Assembly: GCA_051652765.1 (NCBI GenBank)
Contig: JBOFUV010000148.1
Coordinates: forward strand, 1-64,000
From: Microcoleaceae cyanobacterium
Lineage (GTDB): Bacteria > Cyanobacteriota > Cyanobacteriia > Cyanobacteriales > Microcoleaceae
DNA length: 64,000 bases
Direction: 5' to 3'
Part shown: positions 39,244-49,518 of the stretch, one piece after another
Layout: the number at the start of each line of letters is the position of its first letter
Numbering within the stretch: the first letter of the stretch is position 1
Position numbers and translations under genes: made by a program
The notes under the pieces: generated by a model
Told to the model about the DNA's origin: nothing
Seen by the model: only the letters and a program-made list of their open reading frames with translations
The model's database searches: none

Positions 39244-42012
39244 CTATTTCTGGCCGGGTTTGGACACAACAACAGGTTGAGCGGATCGACCGGGCAACCA
39301 AGTCCGAACTCGATCGGGCAGTCGGTGAACCATCCTTGCCATGGAGTCCAGCTGCGAACTAGACCGTTTGGCAAAGGTGATGTGGGCAACTTGTCCCAAG
39401 CCACAAAGTTGCTGGGCTTGACCATGATCGGGTGGGGGTGGAATTTTGACAGTTACTCGTTTGAGAAAGGGTTCATCCATCAGTTCGGCAGGAATTGTGG
39501 GTGACAACGCCTGGACTTGCATTCGGCGACCCTGGTTATCAATATCTCCCAATGTTCCCGGTAGAGCTTCTGGACTAAGCTTTGTCATAGGCTGGATTAA
39601 ATCAACTTCTCCTTTAAGGATTTGGGAATGGCTCCCTAAGCGCACCTGAACCGGTTGTTGAAGATCAATCCGACTAGCATCTTCTGCACTCACCACCGTT
39701 TCTACCCAGAGGTTGTTGCAATCCAACAAACTCAGAACAGCTTCAGACTGATTGACGATTTCGCCTTTTTCGCGCTCAGTCCGATAGACGATGCTAGAAA
39801 ATGGTGCTGTCAATTGCATTTCAATGGGGGGTTGATTCTGTTGCTGGAGTTGTTGCTGTCCTGAGACGGCTTGCTGTTGTAACTGAAGTTGTTCTTTGTG
39901 GAGCTTTTCCTGTGCTTGTTGCACCCGCACCTGCTCTTGCCGAAGGCTTTCCTGATTGACCTTTTCTGCCTGCATCTGAGTCCTACGCACGTTGTAAAGG
40001 TTTTCTGCCAAAACAAGCTGATGCTCTAGATTCGACACTTCAGTCACCAACGTGTTCGCGGTGGCAGATTGCTGCTCTAGTTGCTGATCCAGTTGCGAAG
40101 CTTCCTGGGTCAGGGCATTAGAATATTTGTTGTTGGCGGTCAGTCCAGCCTCGGTAGCATTGAAGGAAACCTCAGATGCTCGTAGAGCTTCTTTGGCTAC
40201 GGTGACTTCCGCTTGGGCTGCTTCCCACGCGGCTCTGAGTTGATCGACCCGTTGAGCAGGAGCAACTCCTTCAATTTGGAGAGCTTGAAAGCGTTCGTAT
40301 TCACTGCGAGCAAATTTGGCGTGGGCAGTTGCCTGATCCAGGAGTGCCTGTTTTTGGGGAACGTCTGTGGCATTAACACTGATTTCCACAGTGCGCCGTT
40401 GCTGGTATTCCTGCTGAATTTCCTGTAGACGACTTGCGATTGAGCGCTTAGAGCGTTCTGCTGCTTCGAGTTGACCCTGTTTAGTTTCCAGGTCGCCTCG
40501 GAGTTGTAGGATCTCTTGCTGAGCTTTGTAGGATAAATCCTCTAACCTAGTATATTGCGTGTTATCGGTTTTTATAGGTTCAACCTTAGGCGGTTCTGAT
40601 TTGAATTCCATCAAGGTTACGGGCTTGGATTGCTCGTACAGCTCTCTGTCACCTGGAATTCGTTCAATTCGGGCTAATACTTGATTGGCATCCACAACGG
40701 CCCCTGGACGGGCATAGAACTCTGTGATGTTGCCGTTGATGGGCGATCGCAACCGCACCAAACGACCATTGACAACCCCCTGGTTCACAGTCATGTTGGT
40801 CATGCGATGCAAAATCGATGTTGCTGCAATCCCGACTGCTGCTAAACTTGCTCCAACAAACGCCGTGCCAACAAAAAAGCGCCAAACCACACTCGGCTTT
40901 TTTTCAGGGAGCACGGGTCTGGGATTGAAGGGCTTGATTTCAGAACGGCTAGGTTCTGGTTTGCTGATTTGACTCTGGGAAGTGCCTGATACCGTTAACA
41001 CAACCGGCAATCCTTCTGGATGAACCGGAACCAGAGTTGAAGCAGGCGGGGGTTCTGAGGAAAGTGTGAGCGAAGGTTCTGCAGGCTCAACCGCACTTAA
41101 TACTTCAGCGGGCAACGCTTCAGAGGCAAGATTTGGCAAGGGCAGAGGGGAGTTCAAGGGCAGTCGATCGGGTTGGGCGGCTCTGGTTGCTACATCATCC
41201 TCTTCCAATTGAGTCGCAAATATATTGATCCAGGGAGCGAGTTGGGGAGTGGGTTCTGGTAGACGCAGCAAATTCCCTTGAATACCGTCTAGGTCAATTT
41301 CCAGAACCCGTTTTAACGTCTGCTGATCAGCCACGGATTTCACCGTAACTTGACCCAAGGTATGACTAATCTCCTGCAAACGCCTCACCAGAGCAACTCG
41401 TTTTGAGGTGGCTCGAATTTCTTCCAGAAACTGAGGATGCAGTTTCACTAAATCGACGGGGAGTTGCTTGCACTGAGCCAGGGTTAGTTCTTGCCCGGTA
41501 AAGCTGTCGATCACAAATAGGCAACCCAAGGCCGTTAAACCCTGAACAAATGCCAAAGCCGTTGAGAAGTTTTGGGCAATTACAGATTCAGCCAATTCAA
41601 AGCTGAGTTGTCGGGGCTGTAGCTTACTATTGGTGATCCAGAGCTTTAGATCTTGTAAAAACGTTTGATCGTCAAATACCAGATCTGAGAGATTGATAGA
41701 CAGGTGCAGTCTGGGAAAGGGCAGAAGAGCTTCAATTGCTTTTCCGACAACATACCGATCAAGTTGAGGTAATAGTCCCATATCTGCCAAGATGGGCATA
41801 AACTCGTCTGGCAAATAGAGTTTGCCTTGAAAATCTCGCCACCGTAACAACACCTCATTGTGCAACACTTCGTAATTGCTGGTGAAGTACGTTGGCTGAT
41901 ACCAAAGCTCAAATTGTCCAACTTCAAAGGACTGTTCACTAGAGTTCCAAGAATTTGTGCTGGTTTTTGATTCTGGGTGATACATCTTGGTAATGATGAA
42001 GGTAAATTGCAA
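39244..42012 (-). CDS. degenerate EAL domain + Pro-rich linker + TM + HlyD/membrane-fusion (Alg44-like) protein
   Basis: FELWYQP, EVLLRW, PDEF, SINLS, FELAE, IDSFTG, IQG; then a single TM, VVNGRLVRLRSPINGNI (biotinyl-like), coiled coil, LTAPFSSIV, LLDCNNLWVE. Confidence 0.85.
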   Translation of the reverse strand: MQFTFIITKMYHPESKTSTNSWNSSEQSFEVGQFELWYQPTYFTSNYEVLHNEVLLRWRDFQGKLYLPDEFMPILADMGLLPQLDRYVVGKAIEALLPFPRLHLSINLSDLVFDDQTFLQDLKLWITNSKLQPRQLSFELAESVIAQNFSTALAFVQGLTALGCLFVIDSFTGQELTLAQCKQLPVDLVKLHPQFLEEIRATSKRVALVRRLQEISHTLGQVTVKSVADQQTLKRVLEIDLDGIQGNLLRLPEPTPQLAPWINIFATQLEEDDVATRAAQPDRLPLNSPLPLPNLASEALPAEVLSAVEPAEPSLTLSSEPPPASTLVPVHPEGLPVVLTVSGTSQSQISKPEPSRSEIKPFNPRPVLPEKKPSVVWRFFVGTAFVGASLAAVGIAATSILHRMTNMTVNQGVVNGRLVRLRSPINGNITEFYARPGAVVDANQVLARIERIPGDRELYEQSKPVTLMEFKSEPPKVEPIKTDNTQYTRLEDLSYKAQQEILQLRGDLETKQGQLEAAERSKRSIASRLQEIQQEYQQRRTVEISVNATDVPQKQALLDQATAHAKFARSEYERFQALQIEGVAPAQRVDQLRAAWEAAQAEVTVAKEALRASEVSFNATEAGLTANNKYSNALTQEASQLDQQLEQQSATANTLVTEVSNLEHQLVLAENLYNVRRTQMQAEKVNQESLRQEQVRVQQAQEKLHKEQLQLQQQAVSGQQQLQQQNQPPIEMQLTAPFSSIVYRTEREKGEIVNQSEAVLSLLDCNNLWVETVVSAEDASRIDLQQPVQVRLGSHSQILKGEVDLIQPMTKLSPEALPGTLGDIDNQGRRMQVQALSPTIPAELMDEPFLKRVTVKIPPPPDHGQAQQLCGLGQVAHITFAKRSSSQLDSMARMVHRLPDRVRTWLPGRSAQPVVVSKPGQK

Positions 42013-43009
42013 TGGAGTGTTAGCACCTCCTCAGGTTGTTGATTCTCAACTCCTGAGGCTCAGTTAGCTAGGGAGTTCAGCTAGAGATTTTTGGATTGTT
42101 CCTAATGGGAGCAATTCACCCACCTCGTTGGACTGAATCATACTGATATCTAATCTGGGAGGTTTTGCCGATCCGGCTACGGCGATCCGTTACCGCAATC
42201 CCGCTACGCTCAGAAAAATTTGGTAAAAAAACTCTGAACCCAACCTAAGTTGAGAGTAAGTGGTTTTCTGACCCGGAACAAATCTGATCCGGAAAAAAAG
42301 ATAAGTCTAGTATCTGCACCCTCTAGCTAGAAACAGTGGGCTTGATTTTCTTCTCACTGCTTCTTATTTGATTTTTCACAACTAACCCGTAGAACACCAC
42401 TTAGCAGAATAGAGACGCAGATGAGATACAGATACGTAAACATTCGTATTCTAGTCCTGAGTTCTCACTCCAAACAAGAGGGTTTTATGAAAAACCGGAT
42501 TAAAAGTGTAAAGTTTTGATGAACAATTGCTCTCTACAGTGATAGCCACCTCATGCCTTGATCTGAGCGATTGGGCCCATGGAGCAGCAGGCCCTTGCCC
42601 AATTTAACCAGATGAGTTTCCCACAAACTTAGGGATAGTCATGGAAACAGGGACAATGATACTGAAAATCTTAAAAGTTAACCACTCTTGCTCTGTATTT
42701 TCCAACATACAAATCTGTGTGTAATAAATCTGACAATGCTTGAAGTAAAAATCTGACTGAATTGTATTTTGACTCCACCTTAGCAGGCAGTTGCTTCATG
42801 ACTAAACTCTAAAAGGTTCAGCAGAAAGCGTCGTCATTTCTGGAGTTTTATAAAGCGAAACTAAGGGTAGAGCCATTGAAATATTCCAAACCAAATTTGG
42901 AATTGAACTTGTCTAACACGAGCTGCTTGTGCAGGAATGGCGGAGAACTAGCTACCGTTATAATCCAAAATAGACTTTTTGCGATCAACGACTCAAGCCC
43001 TCAACTCCC

Positions 43010-44089
43010 GTGAAACTCGAATCTCTGCTTAATCCTCTAACTGTTACCCTTGTTGGCCAATTTGCCCAACTTGCTTTAAATTGCATCACCCGTGAATATC
43101 CCCATGTTCACCGCTACTGGTTAGCAAATGCCAAAGATTTCGTGCCCCCTAGACAGTTGACCCCAGCATTCTACGGTTGCCTGGATTGGCACTCGGCGGT
43201 ACATAGTCATTGGACTCTAGTTCGGGCGATTAGATGTTGTCCTGATCTGAGCTTTGAACAGGAAGCAAGGGCAGCCATCACTCAAAACCTCACTCCACAG
43301 AAGATCGCCCTCGAGGTGAACTATCTCGAATCTCAACCCCGCTTTGAGTGTCCCTATGGGTTGGCTTGGCTCTTACAGTTGATGGCAGAGTTGACGGAAT
43401 GGCCAGATCCCCAAGCTCAAACCTGGTTAGCTCAGCTCAAACCGTTAGAAACAGTAGCCGTGCATAACCTCCAAACTTGGATGACGGGCTTAACGTATCC
43501 TGATCGCACCGGAACCCACAATCAAACGGCTTTTGCCCTTGGCCTAATCTGGGATTGGGCTACGGTCACCTGCAATCAATCTGTGATCACTCAGATTCAG
43601 CAATTGACCCAACAGTTCTATTACAAAGATTGTAATTACCCTCTTTATCTTGAGCCGTTAGGCTATGATTTTCTTTCACCCAGTTTGGCCGAGGCAGACC
43701 TGATGCGTCGTTGTTTTGCTCCTGAGTCTTTTGCGCTCTGGTTCACGGCGTTCCTCCCAAAAGTTTTAGATCAAAAAACCTTAGATCAACAAGCCTTAGA
43801 TCAGGATGAACTTAGATGGCTCCAGCCTGTTCACATTCAAAATCCTGAAGATTATAGTCAATCTCATCTTGAGGGCTTAAACCTAAGTCGTGCCTGGATG
43901 CTAGAAGGAATCATTAACGGATTGCCAGAACAAGATCCCCGAATTTCAACCTTGCAACAGACTGCATTAATTCATCGTCAAGCTGGATTTAATCCAGTTT
44001 CAATCCATCACTATGGAGGCAGCCATTGGTTAGGGAGCTTTGCAGTTTATTTAATAACTCAAAGAGGTTTAATCCCCTTAAAACGATGA
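43010..44089 (+). CDS. DUF2891 family protein
   Basis: REYPH, PAFYGCLDWHSAVHSHW, FECPYGLAW, HLEGLNLSRAW, YGGSHWLGSFAVY. Confidence 0.88.
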   Translation: MKLESLLNPLTVTLVGQFAQLALNCITREYPHVHRYWLANAKDFVPPRQLTPAFYGCLDWHSAVHSHWTLVRAIRCCPDLSFEQEARAAITQNLTPQKIALEVNYLESQPRFECPYGLAWLLQLMAELTEWPDPQAQTWLAQLKPLETVAVHNLQTWMTGLTYPDRTGTHNQTAFALGLIWDWATVTCNQSVITQIQQLTQQFYYKDCNYPLYLEPLGYDFLSPSLAEADLMRRCFAPESFALWFTAFLPKVLDQKTLDQQALDQDELRWLQPVHIQNPEDYSQSHLEGLNLSRAWMLEGIINGLPEQDPRISTLQQTALIHRQAGFNPVSIHHYGGSHWLGSFAVYLITQRGLIPLKR

Positions 44090-44111
44090 TTAAATACTAT
44101 GACTGAAGACT

Positions 44112-45116
44112 ATGACTGAACTCAGACAGAACTTAATTACTAGAGATTGGGTGATCATCGCCACTGAACGAGCGAAAAGACCCGATCAATTTACTAAAGC
44201 TGAAGTTAGAAAGATTAAGCTCCCTCCCTACCGAGAAGAATGTCCCTTTTGTCGGGGCAATGAACACCTCACAGGTAGTGATGAAACGCTACGATTGCAG
44301 GAGGATGATGACACAAACTGGAAAGTTCGAGTCGTCGGCAATCGATACCCAGCCCTATCTTCAACTGGAGAGCGAGTTCGGTGTATTGATGGTATTTTTC
44401 GGTCTCTGTCTGGGGTGGGATTTCATGAAGTTGTAATCGAATATCCGCATCATCACCTCACAACGGCTTTGATGAAAGTTGAGGATGTTGCTAACATTTT
44501 AAGGGTCTATAAAAGACGCTATATTGAACTCCGAAAAGATCCTCGGGTTGAAACAATTATTATTTTTAAAAACCACGGTCGGGGGGCAGGAACCTCCTTG
44601 GAACATCCCCATTCTCAAATTGCCGCACTCCCCATTGTGCCCTACCAATGGCGCGATCGCGCCGAAGAAGCTATCCGACATTATGATGACACCGGAGAAT
44701 GTATTTTCTGTCGAACTTTAGCAGAAGAACTCGAAGCCAAAGAACGAGTATTTTGTGAGACACAACACTTTGTTGCTTTTATTCCCTATGCAGCTCTCTC
44801 TCCATTTCACACCTGGATTTTTCCCCGTCGCCATGCCTCTTCCTTTGATGAAATTACGGAGGTAGAAATTGTTGATCTGGCTGAAAATCTAAAAACGGTT
44901 TTAGCAAAATATTACTTCGGATTACATAATCCAGATTTCAATTACACGATTCGTTCTATCCCAACCTCGGAACAACGCACCGACTATTTTCATTGGTACA
45001 TTGCAATTGTTCCCAGAGTTTCCTTAGCGGCTGGCTTTGAGTTGGGAAGTGGGATGTATATCAATACGGCCTTACCCGAAGAAAGTGCTGCTTTTTTGCG
45101 GAATATAAGTGCATAA
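44112..45116 (+). CDS. galT: galactose-1-phosphate uridylyltransferase
   Basis: ERAKRP, CPFCRGNE, GTSLEHPHSQ, AGFELGSG. Confidence 0.93.
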   Translation: MTELRQNLITRDWVIIATERAKRPDQFTKAEVRKIKLPPYREECPFCRGNEHLTGSDETLRLQEDDDTNWKVRVVGNRYPALSSTGERVRCIDGIFRSLSGVGFHEVVIEYPHHHLTTALMKVEDVANILRVYKRRYIELRKDPRVETIIIFKNHGRGAGTSLEHPHSQIAALPIVPYQWRDRAEEAIRHYDDTGECIFCRTLAEELEAKERVFCETQHFVAFIPYAALSPFHTWIFPRRHASSFDEITEVEIVDLAENLKTVLAKYYFGLHNPDFNYTIRSIPTSEQRTDYFHWYIAIVPRVSLAAGFELGSGMYINTALPEESAAFLRNISA

Positions 45117-45227
45117 ATTCAGACAACAACTTAAATAATTGGGGTTAATGAAACTTAATCAATCTATTGACAAAAAGGGTTGGTGGGGCGCTCCCCTCTC
45201 TTAAGCAAACCTTATCTAGATTGGATC

Positions 45228-47231
45228 TCACGCTCTTAGAAGTAAGGCTAATAAGCTGACAGAAATCGTAGTGGGCTTAACCCCTTCACTTAAGATTAAG
45301 TTCTTCTCATCGGTATCCTTCACCAATTCAATAACGAAAGCAGAGGTTTCCAGTTCTGCCTTGACTCCATCGGTATAGTCCCGCAGGAGTTTTTGAACTG
45401 ATTTAATTCCCTTCCAAGTGTTCAACTTCTTGAGCGTATCTTTCACCGTTTTGCGATCGAGTCCATCGGGAAGGCTATCTAACGCACTGATTCTCTATAG
45501 CTCATAGTCGGTTTCGCTAAAGCCCAGTTCGCCCATCTCGCGTTTCCAGTTGTCATGCAACTTGCGAATAGCGACGATCGCAATTTTGGCTTGTCCATTA
45601 GTAGCGCGGTAGAGCCGAGAGACGGTAGCTGCCAAACGGGTCTTACCTAAACCTACCGCATCGGCACAGACAGAAATGCCAAAGTCCTGCATGACCCGCA
45701 GGCAATGTTGAGCGCCTGATTTCTGGTGTTCAAACAGCGTTCCTTGATTCACCAGTTCATCGAGCAAATCGCTTTGCTCTACTCGAAATTGCCGGGGGCG
45801 TTGCTGTGCTAGCCAGTAGAGGAAATCATTGGGTGTGCCATACTGCCCAGACAGGATGAGTTCTACAGCCTGCTGGAATCCTTCGATCTCGTCAAAGTTG
45901 GGCAGTGCTTCAACTTGGCTGACTTGGGGCGGATGCTTCGGCTGAACGTTATATTCTCCACCTGCATTGTCTTTAACTCGAAAATCGGGGATGGGTTGGG
46001 GCGGGTGATCGGGGGAAACGGTGAAGTCGGCGGTAATCTCCTCTGGGGTCTGTTCGGTGATGTTGACTTCGACAAGGGTGTTGTCTGGAACGGTGATGCT
46101 ATCGACCTGATCAAGGTTGTCGCCTGTGATTTTGACTTCGGTGGTTTCGCCTGGTTGAAGCTCGTCGGGAGTAATTTGATCAATACGGGGCTGTCGCTGT
46201 TGGAGGCGGCGATCGTACTCTTGCAAAACTTGCTGTAAGAATTCTTGAGTCAGATCATAGGCAAGGTCTTGATGCTGCCACTCGCTATCAAACTCTTGAA
46301 TACTTTGCTCGATCGTTTCTTGGTCAAGCTGCTCCCAGGAATAGAGAAAGGTGACGCTTTCAGCGTTGCAAGAGTGGGCAGCACGAGTGAAGTTGTCGGA
46401 GCCTTCGTGCAGGACGTGGTTATCGAGGCGATCACTATAAATGCCTGTTTTTTTGTGATAAAGCGAGCGCTGCTGACTCATCTTAATCAGCTTGATTTCC
46501 AAGAAGCCCAACCGCACCAATTCAGCCATGATCTGGGTGCCATTGAAGGCATTTTCTTCTAGTCCTTGAAGAAATTGATGCAACGTGCGTTGAATGAATT
46601 GGGCGCGATAGTCAGGGCTATGTAGCTTTTCGAGTTCTGCCACATCAGCGCGTTTGGTGAACCCCTGCCAGTCCATTAGCAGCCGAATCTGTCCTTCGGT
46701 TTGGACAATGGTTTGCAGGGGTTCTTCGTAGAGTTTGAGCACGCCACTATCAAAGTAGGCGGTGGAACGGCGGTAAATGCTGCTGCGTTCCAGCATCTGG
46801 GCCGTGACTTTGTTGTATGGCTCTAACTGATCAGGGAGGTTGTAGCGTCGTTTAATGCCTTTGATTTCCCGAAAACTGCCGCTGAGTAGAGCAGGTTCTT
46901 TGGTGGTGCGCTCCAGAGTCAGGAATTTTTCAATGATTTTGAGGTTGCCTGTGCGAAGTAACGCAGGGGAGGGCAGATCGCCCGGTTTGCGGGGATTGTA
47001 GGTGTAGATTTTGGCAGTGCTGGGGTCAATCCGAATCACCCTATGGGGAAGGGCTTTATCCTTAAAACCCAGTAGGGAGACGATGTTTTTCAGAAAGTTG
47101 CCACCCTTGTCAGCATCTCGATGCCGAAAAACAAGCCAGTATTGACCCCCAACCCCTTTAACCGAGTTGCCCTGAAGCAGATAGTAGGGTCGTTGCTGGC
47201 GAACTAAATTTTGGATGACGGCTTCGAGCAT
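45228..47231 (-). pseudogene. PLD-nuclease / Ig-like / SNF2 helicase fusion with the helicase core missing
   Basis: PLD motif LYHKKTG...GSDNFT, then a beta-rich Ig/TIG-like segment and Walker A ADAVGLGKT. An in-frame TAG at 45495-45497 is followed by a C-terminal remnant in the same frame (RISALDSLPDGLDRKTVKDTLKK...). No DExx or HelicC motifs. Confidence 0.75.
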
Positions 47232-47250
47232 GGGGAGGAGGTCTGAAGTC

Positions 47251-47384
47251 TTAGTAGAGGGTCAAAATTTCAAGGGTTGAGTCATCGGTTAAAGCTTGAA
47301 TATCAGTCAGGTGCGATCAGGGAATAGGTCGGCTAACCGATTAGCCAGACGGGGCGATAAGTTGTGATCAAATAACAGCTTCAT
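47251..47384 (-). pseudogene. internally deleted DUF5615 (PIN-like) toxin
   Basis: The ATG overlaps the DUF433 stop and gives MKLLFDHNLSPRLANRLADLFPDRT*; an out-of-frame C-terminal-like remnant DIQALTDDSTLEILTLY* follows. Confidence 0.7.
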
Positions 47385-47605
47385 GCCTGAACCAATAAAG
47401 TCTGACGTTCTCGATCGGCGGCATAGCTTAGGCAAGCCAGAATGTCTTCTTGGGTGAGATAGGGAAAGTCATCAAGAATCTCTTGATAGGTCATGCCAGA
47501 AGCAAGATAGGAAAGTACGTCATAGACTGTGATCCGCATTCCGCGAATGCAAGGTTTGCCGCTGCGTTTGCCCGGTTCGATCGTGATTCTTTCGCGATAG
47601 TTCAT
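47381..47605 (-). CDS. DUF433 antitoxin
   Basis: ITIEPGKRSGKPCIRGMRITVYDVLSYLASGM...DFPYLTQEDILACL; GGAGG RBS. Confidence 0.92.
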   Translation of the reverse strand: MNYRERITIEPGKRSGKPCIRGMRITVYDVLSYLASGMTYQEILDDFPYLTQEDILACLSYAADRERQTLLVQA

Positions 47606-47639
47606 CGTTTGGTTCCTCCAAGTGGTTTGAGTGATCAGT

Positions 47640-48884
47640 TTATTCAAGGGGCCAACCTGGAATGGCGGCATCAATTTGCTGCATCAAGCTCATAGTTTCT
47701 TGCAACGCCACAACAATGCGTTGATAGTGAACAATGTCTTCTAGGCTGAGAGTGCGACCTTTTCGATCTTTTAACCACTTGTGACAGACTTGATAGCCGC
47801 CAACATAAAATTCCCAGACGGCGTTGGGCACTCCGGTAAATTTGTCGCCCTTCTTGTTGATCAGGACACTGCTGGAGCTTTCGTCATACTTGGGATGTCC
47901 TGGATCAACGGTGCAATTTCCCTCAGCTTCTACGAATTGAGTAATGAGCGTGTCGAGTTTAGGAGACTTCATCAAATGTAATGCAACCAGTTCTTCACCA
48001 TAGGCTGAGAGTTGACGAAAAAGCTCATCATTACTGGTGAGCGGAACGCGAGGAAAGTCAATTTTCAGGAATTCAGCGTAGCGGCTGCGGTAAGTAGGAG
48101 CATGGAAAATGCCATAGATGTAATAAAAAATGGCTTCGGGGGTGGGAGTATAGCCAAGTTTGCCGGTGATGTCTTTGAGGAAGTCGGGTGAGAAGTTGGG
48201 GCGACGATGTTCTATTTCTGTGGATTGCTGAGAATTGCTATTGTCAGGATAGAGATAAAGAGGAAAATCATAATTTGACTCTTTCGTTATATTTGAGATT
48301 AAACAATCATTAGGTACTAAATTAGTGATAAAAAAATGACAATACTTCAATGTTGAAATTTGACGCGAACAGATTAGGCATAAATTCTGCTTCTTGAAGA
48401 TATGCTTCCTTAATTCAGGTCTAGCTCTATCCATTATCGAATCTGAGTAAAACATAAACCTGTTGTCAAAGGGTCTATATCCACAAAGTTCTAAATACTC
48501 CCAGATATTCTCTTCTTTTCCTAATTCTTTTGACGCTTGTTTCCAGTTCCAATTTCCAATTTTATACTTTTTGGAGAAATCTGGATCATTTAAATCAGCA
48601 TTGACTAAATCAGTGATCTTATGTATCAAAGTATCTTTTGTAAAATCAATTGCATAATGATCTCTATGGCTTTTAAATCCATAGACATGACTAGGCATTA
48701 CCTCTGTGATTTTCCAACAGGCTTGATATTCACCCAACAAGTCATTATTTTGCGGAATAAACAAATGAAAGGGTTTTTGGGGTGCAAGTTCTGTCCATGT
48801 CGTTGAAGAGACATCATGACTCAACAGCCACTCATACTTACTTTCTCTATTGCCATACAGATGCGCGTGATAAATTTTGGTCAT
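47640..48884 (-). CDS. Type ISP/IIG-like restriction-modification C-terminal specificity (TRD) part
   Basis: IYHAHLYGNRESKY, YRPFD, FPLYLYP, FYYIYGIFHAPTYRSRYAEFLKIDFPRVP, VGGYQVCHKWLKDRKGR. Confidence 0.85.
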   Translation of the reverse strand: MTKIYHAHLYGNRESKYEWLLSHDVSSTTWTELAPQKPFHLFIPQNNDLLGEYQACWKITEVMPSHVYGFKSHRDHYAIDFTKDTLIHKITDLVNADLNDPDFSKKYKIGNWNWKQASKELGKEENIWEYLELCGYRPFDNRFMFYSDSIMDRARPELRKHIFKKQNLCLICSRQISTLKYCHFFITNLVPNDCLISNITKESNYDFPLYLYPDNSNSQQSTEIEHRRPNFSPDFLKDITGKLGYTPTPEAIFYYIYGIFHAPTYRSRYAEFLKIDFPRVPLTSNDELFRQLSAYGEELVALHLMKSPKLDTLITQFVEAEGNCTVDPGHPKYDESSSSVLINKKGDKFTGVPNAVWEFYVGGYQVCHKWLKDRKGRTLSLEDIVHYQRIVVALQETMSLMQQIDAAIPGWPLE

Positions 48885-49288
48885 AGCTCAGCCTCCCAAT
48901 CTTCATACGTCAAACCCTCAATACGGCCAAACTCGCGGGTGTTGTGCGTCACAAGGGTCAGATCATGCGCTAGTGCAATCGCCCCAATCTGGAGATCGTA
49001 TCCTCCAATTGGAGTCCCCAACGCATTGAGCTGAGATCGTGTCTTCCCAGCAACTTCGGCAGCAGATTCATCAAACGGCAGCACTACAAACTGGGCAAAA
49101 AAACGCGCCAACTTAGATAAATTCTGCTCTGTTTTTGTGCCACGATATGCCCCGTAATACAACTCTAGCTGGACAATCGTGCATAAACCAATCTCTTCTG
49201 GTTTATGTTGAGCTAGTCTTTGGGAGACTGAGAGCACATCGCCATTCAGAAGCTTGATGCAAACATTGGTATCTAGCAGGTACTTCAC
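48881..49288 (-). CDS. vapC: VapC PIN-domain toxin
   Basis: YLLDTNVCI, ELYYG, GTPIGGYDLQIGAIA, LVTHNTREF. Confidence 0.93.
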   Translation of the reverse strand: MKYLLDTNVCIKLLNGDVLSVSQRLAQHKPEEIGLCTIVQLELYYGAYRGTKTEQNLSKLARFFAQFVVLPFDESAAEVAGKTRSQLNALGTPIGGYDLQIGAIALAHDLTLVTHNTREFGRIEGLTYEDWEAEL

Positions 49289-49518
49289 CGTAGTTCTTCC
49301 CGTAATTCATAATCTGGCTGAATGTCCCTCACGAGTTTTTCGCCCTCCCATCCCCCAACTACCTCCTCAAAAAAACCGGGCTGCCAGCTTTTCTGGCTGC
49401 TTGGCAGCGTCTGGCTATATTTGTGATTAACAAACATTACAAAGTCCAGGATCTCTTGTAGCAAACCGTCTGGGGTCTTGTTAATTTCATTCATTAACTG
49501 TTCCTGCATAGATGCCAT
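49285..49518 (-). CDS. DUF2281-like antitoxin
   Basis: EINKTPDGLLQEILDFVMF...FFEEVVGGWEGE; overlaps the vapC start. Confidence 0.8.
   Translation of the reverse strand: MASMQEQLMNEINKTPDGLLQEILDFVMFVNHKYSQTLPSSQKSWQPGFFEEVVGGWEGEKLVRDIQPDYELREELR

Noticed and set aside
42013..43009. c-di-GMP riboswitch upstream of the EAL-Alg44 gene
   Set aside because: A GGCAAAACC string is present, but the GEMM P2/P3 architecture (GAAA tetraloop and receptor) is not. An Infernal/Rfam scan would settle it.
45495..45497. In-frame TAG as programmed readthrough or pyrrolysine
   Set aside because: Readthrough would still give a helicase lacking motifs II-VI, so a deletion junction is the simpler explanation.
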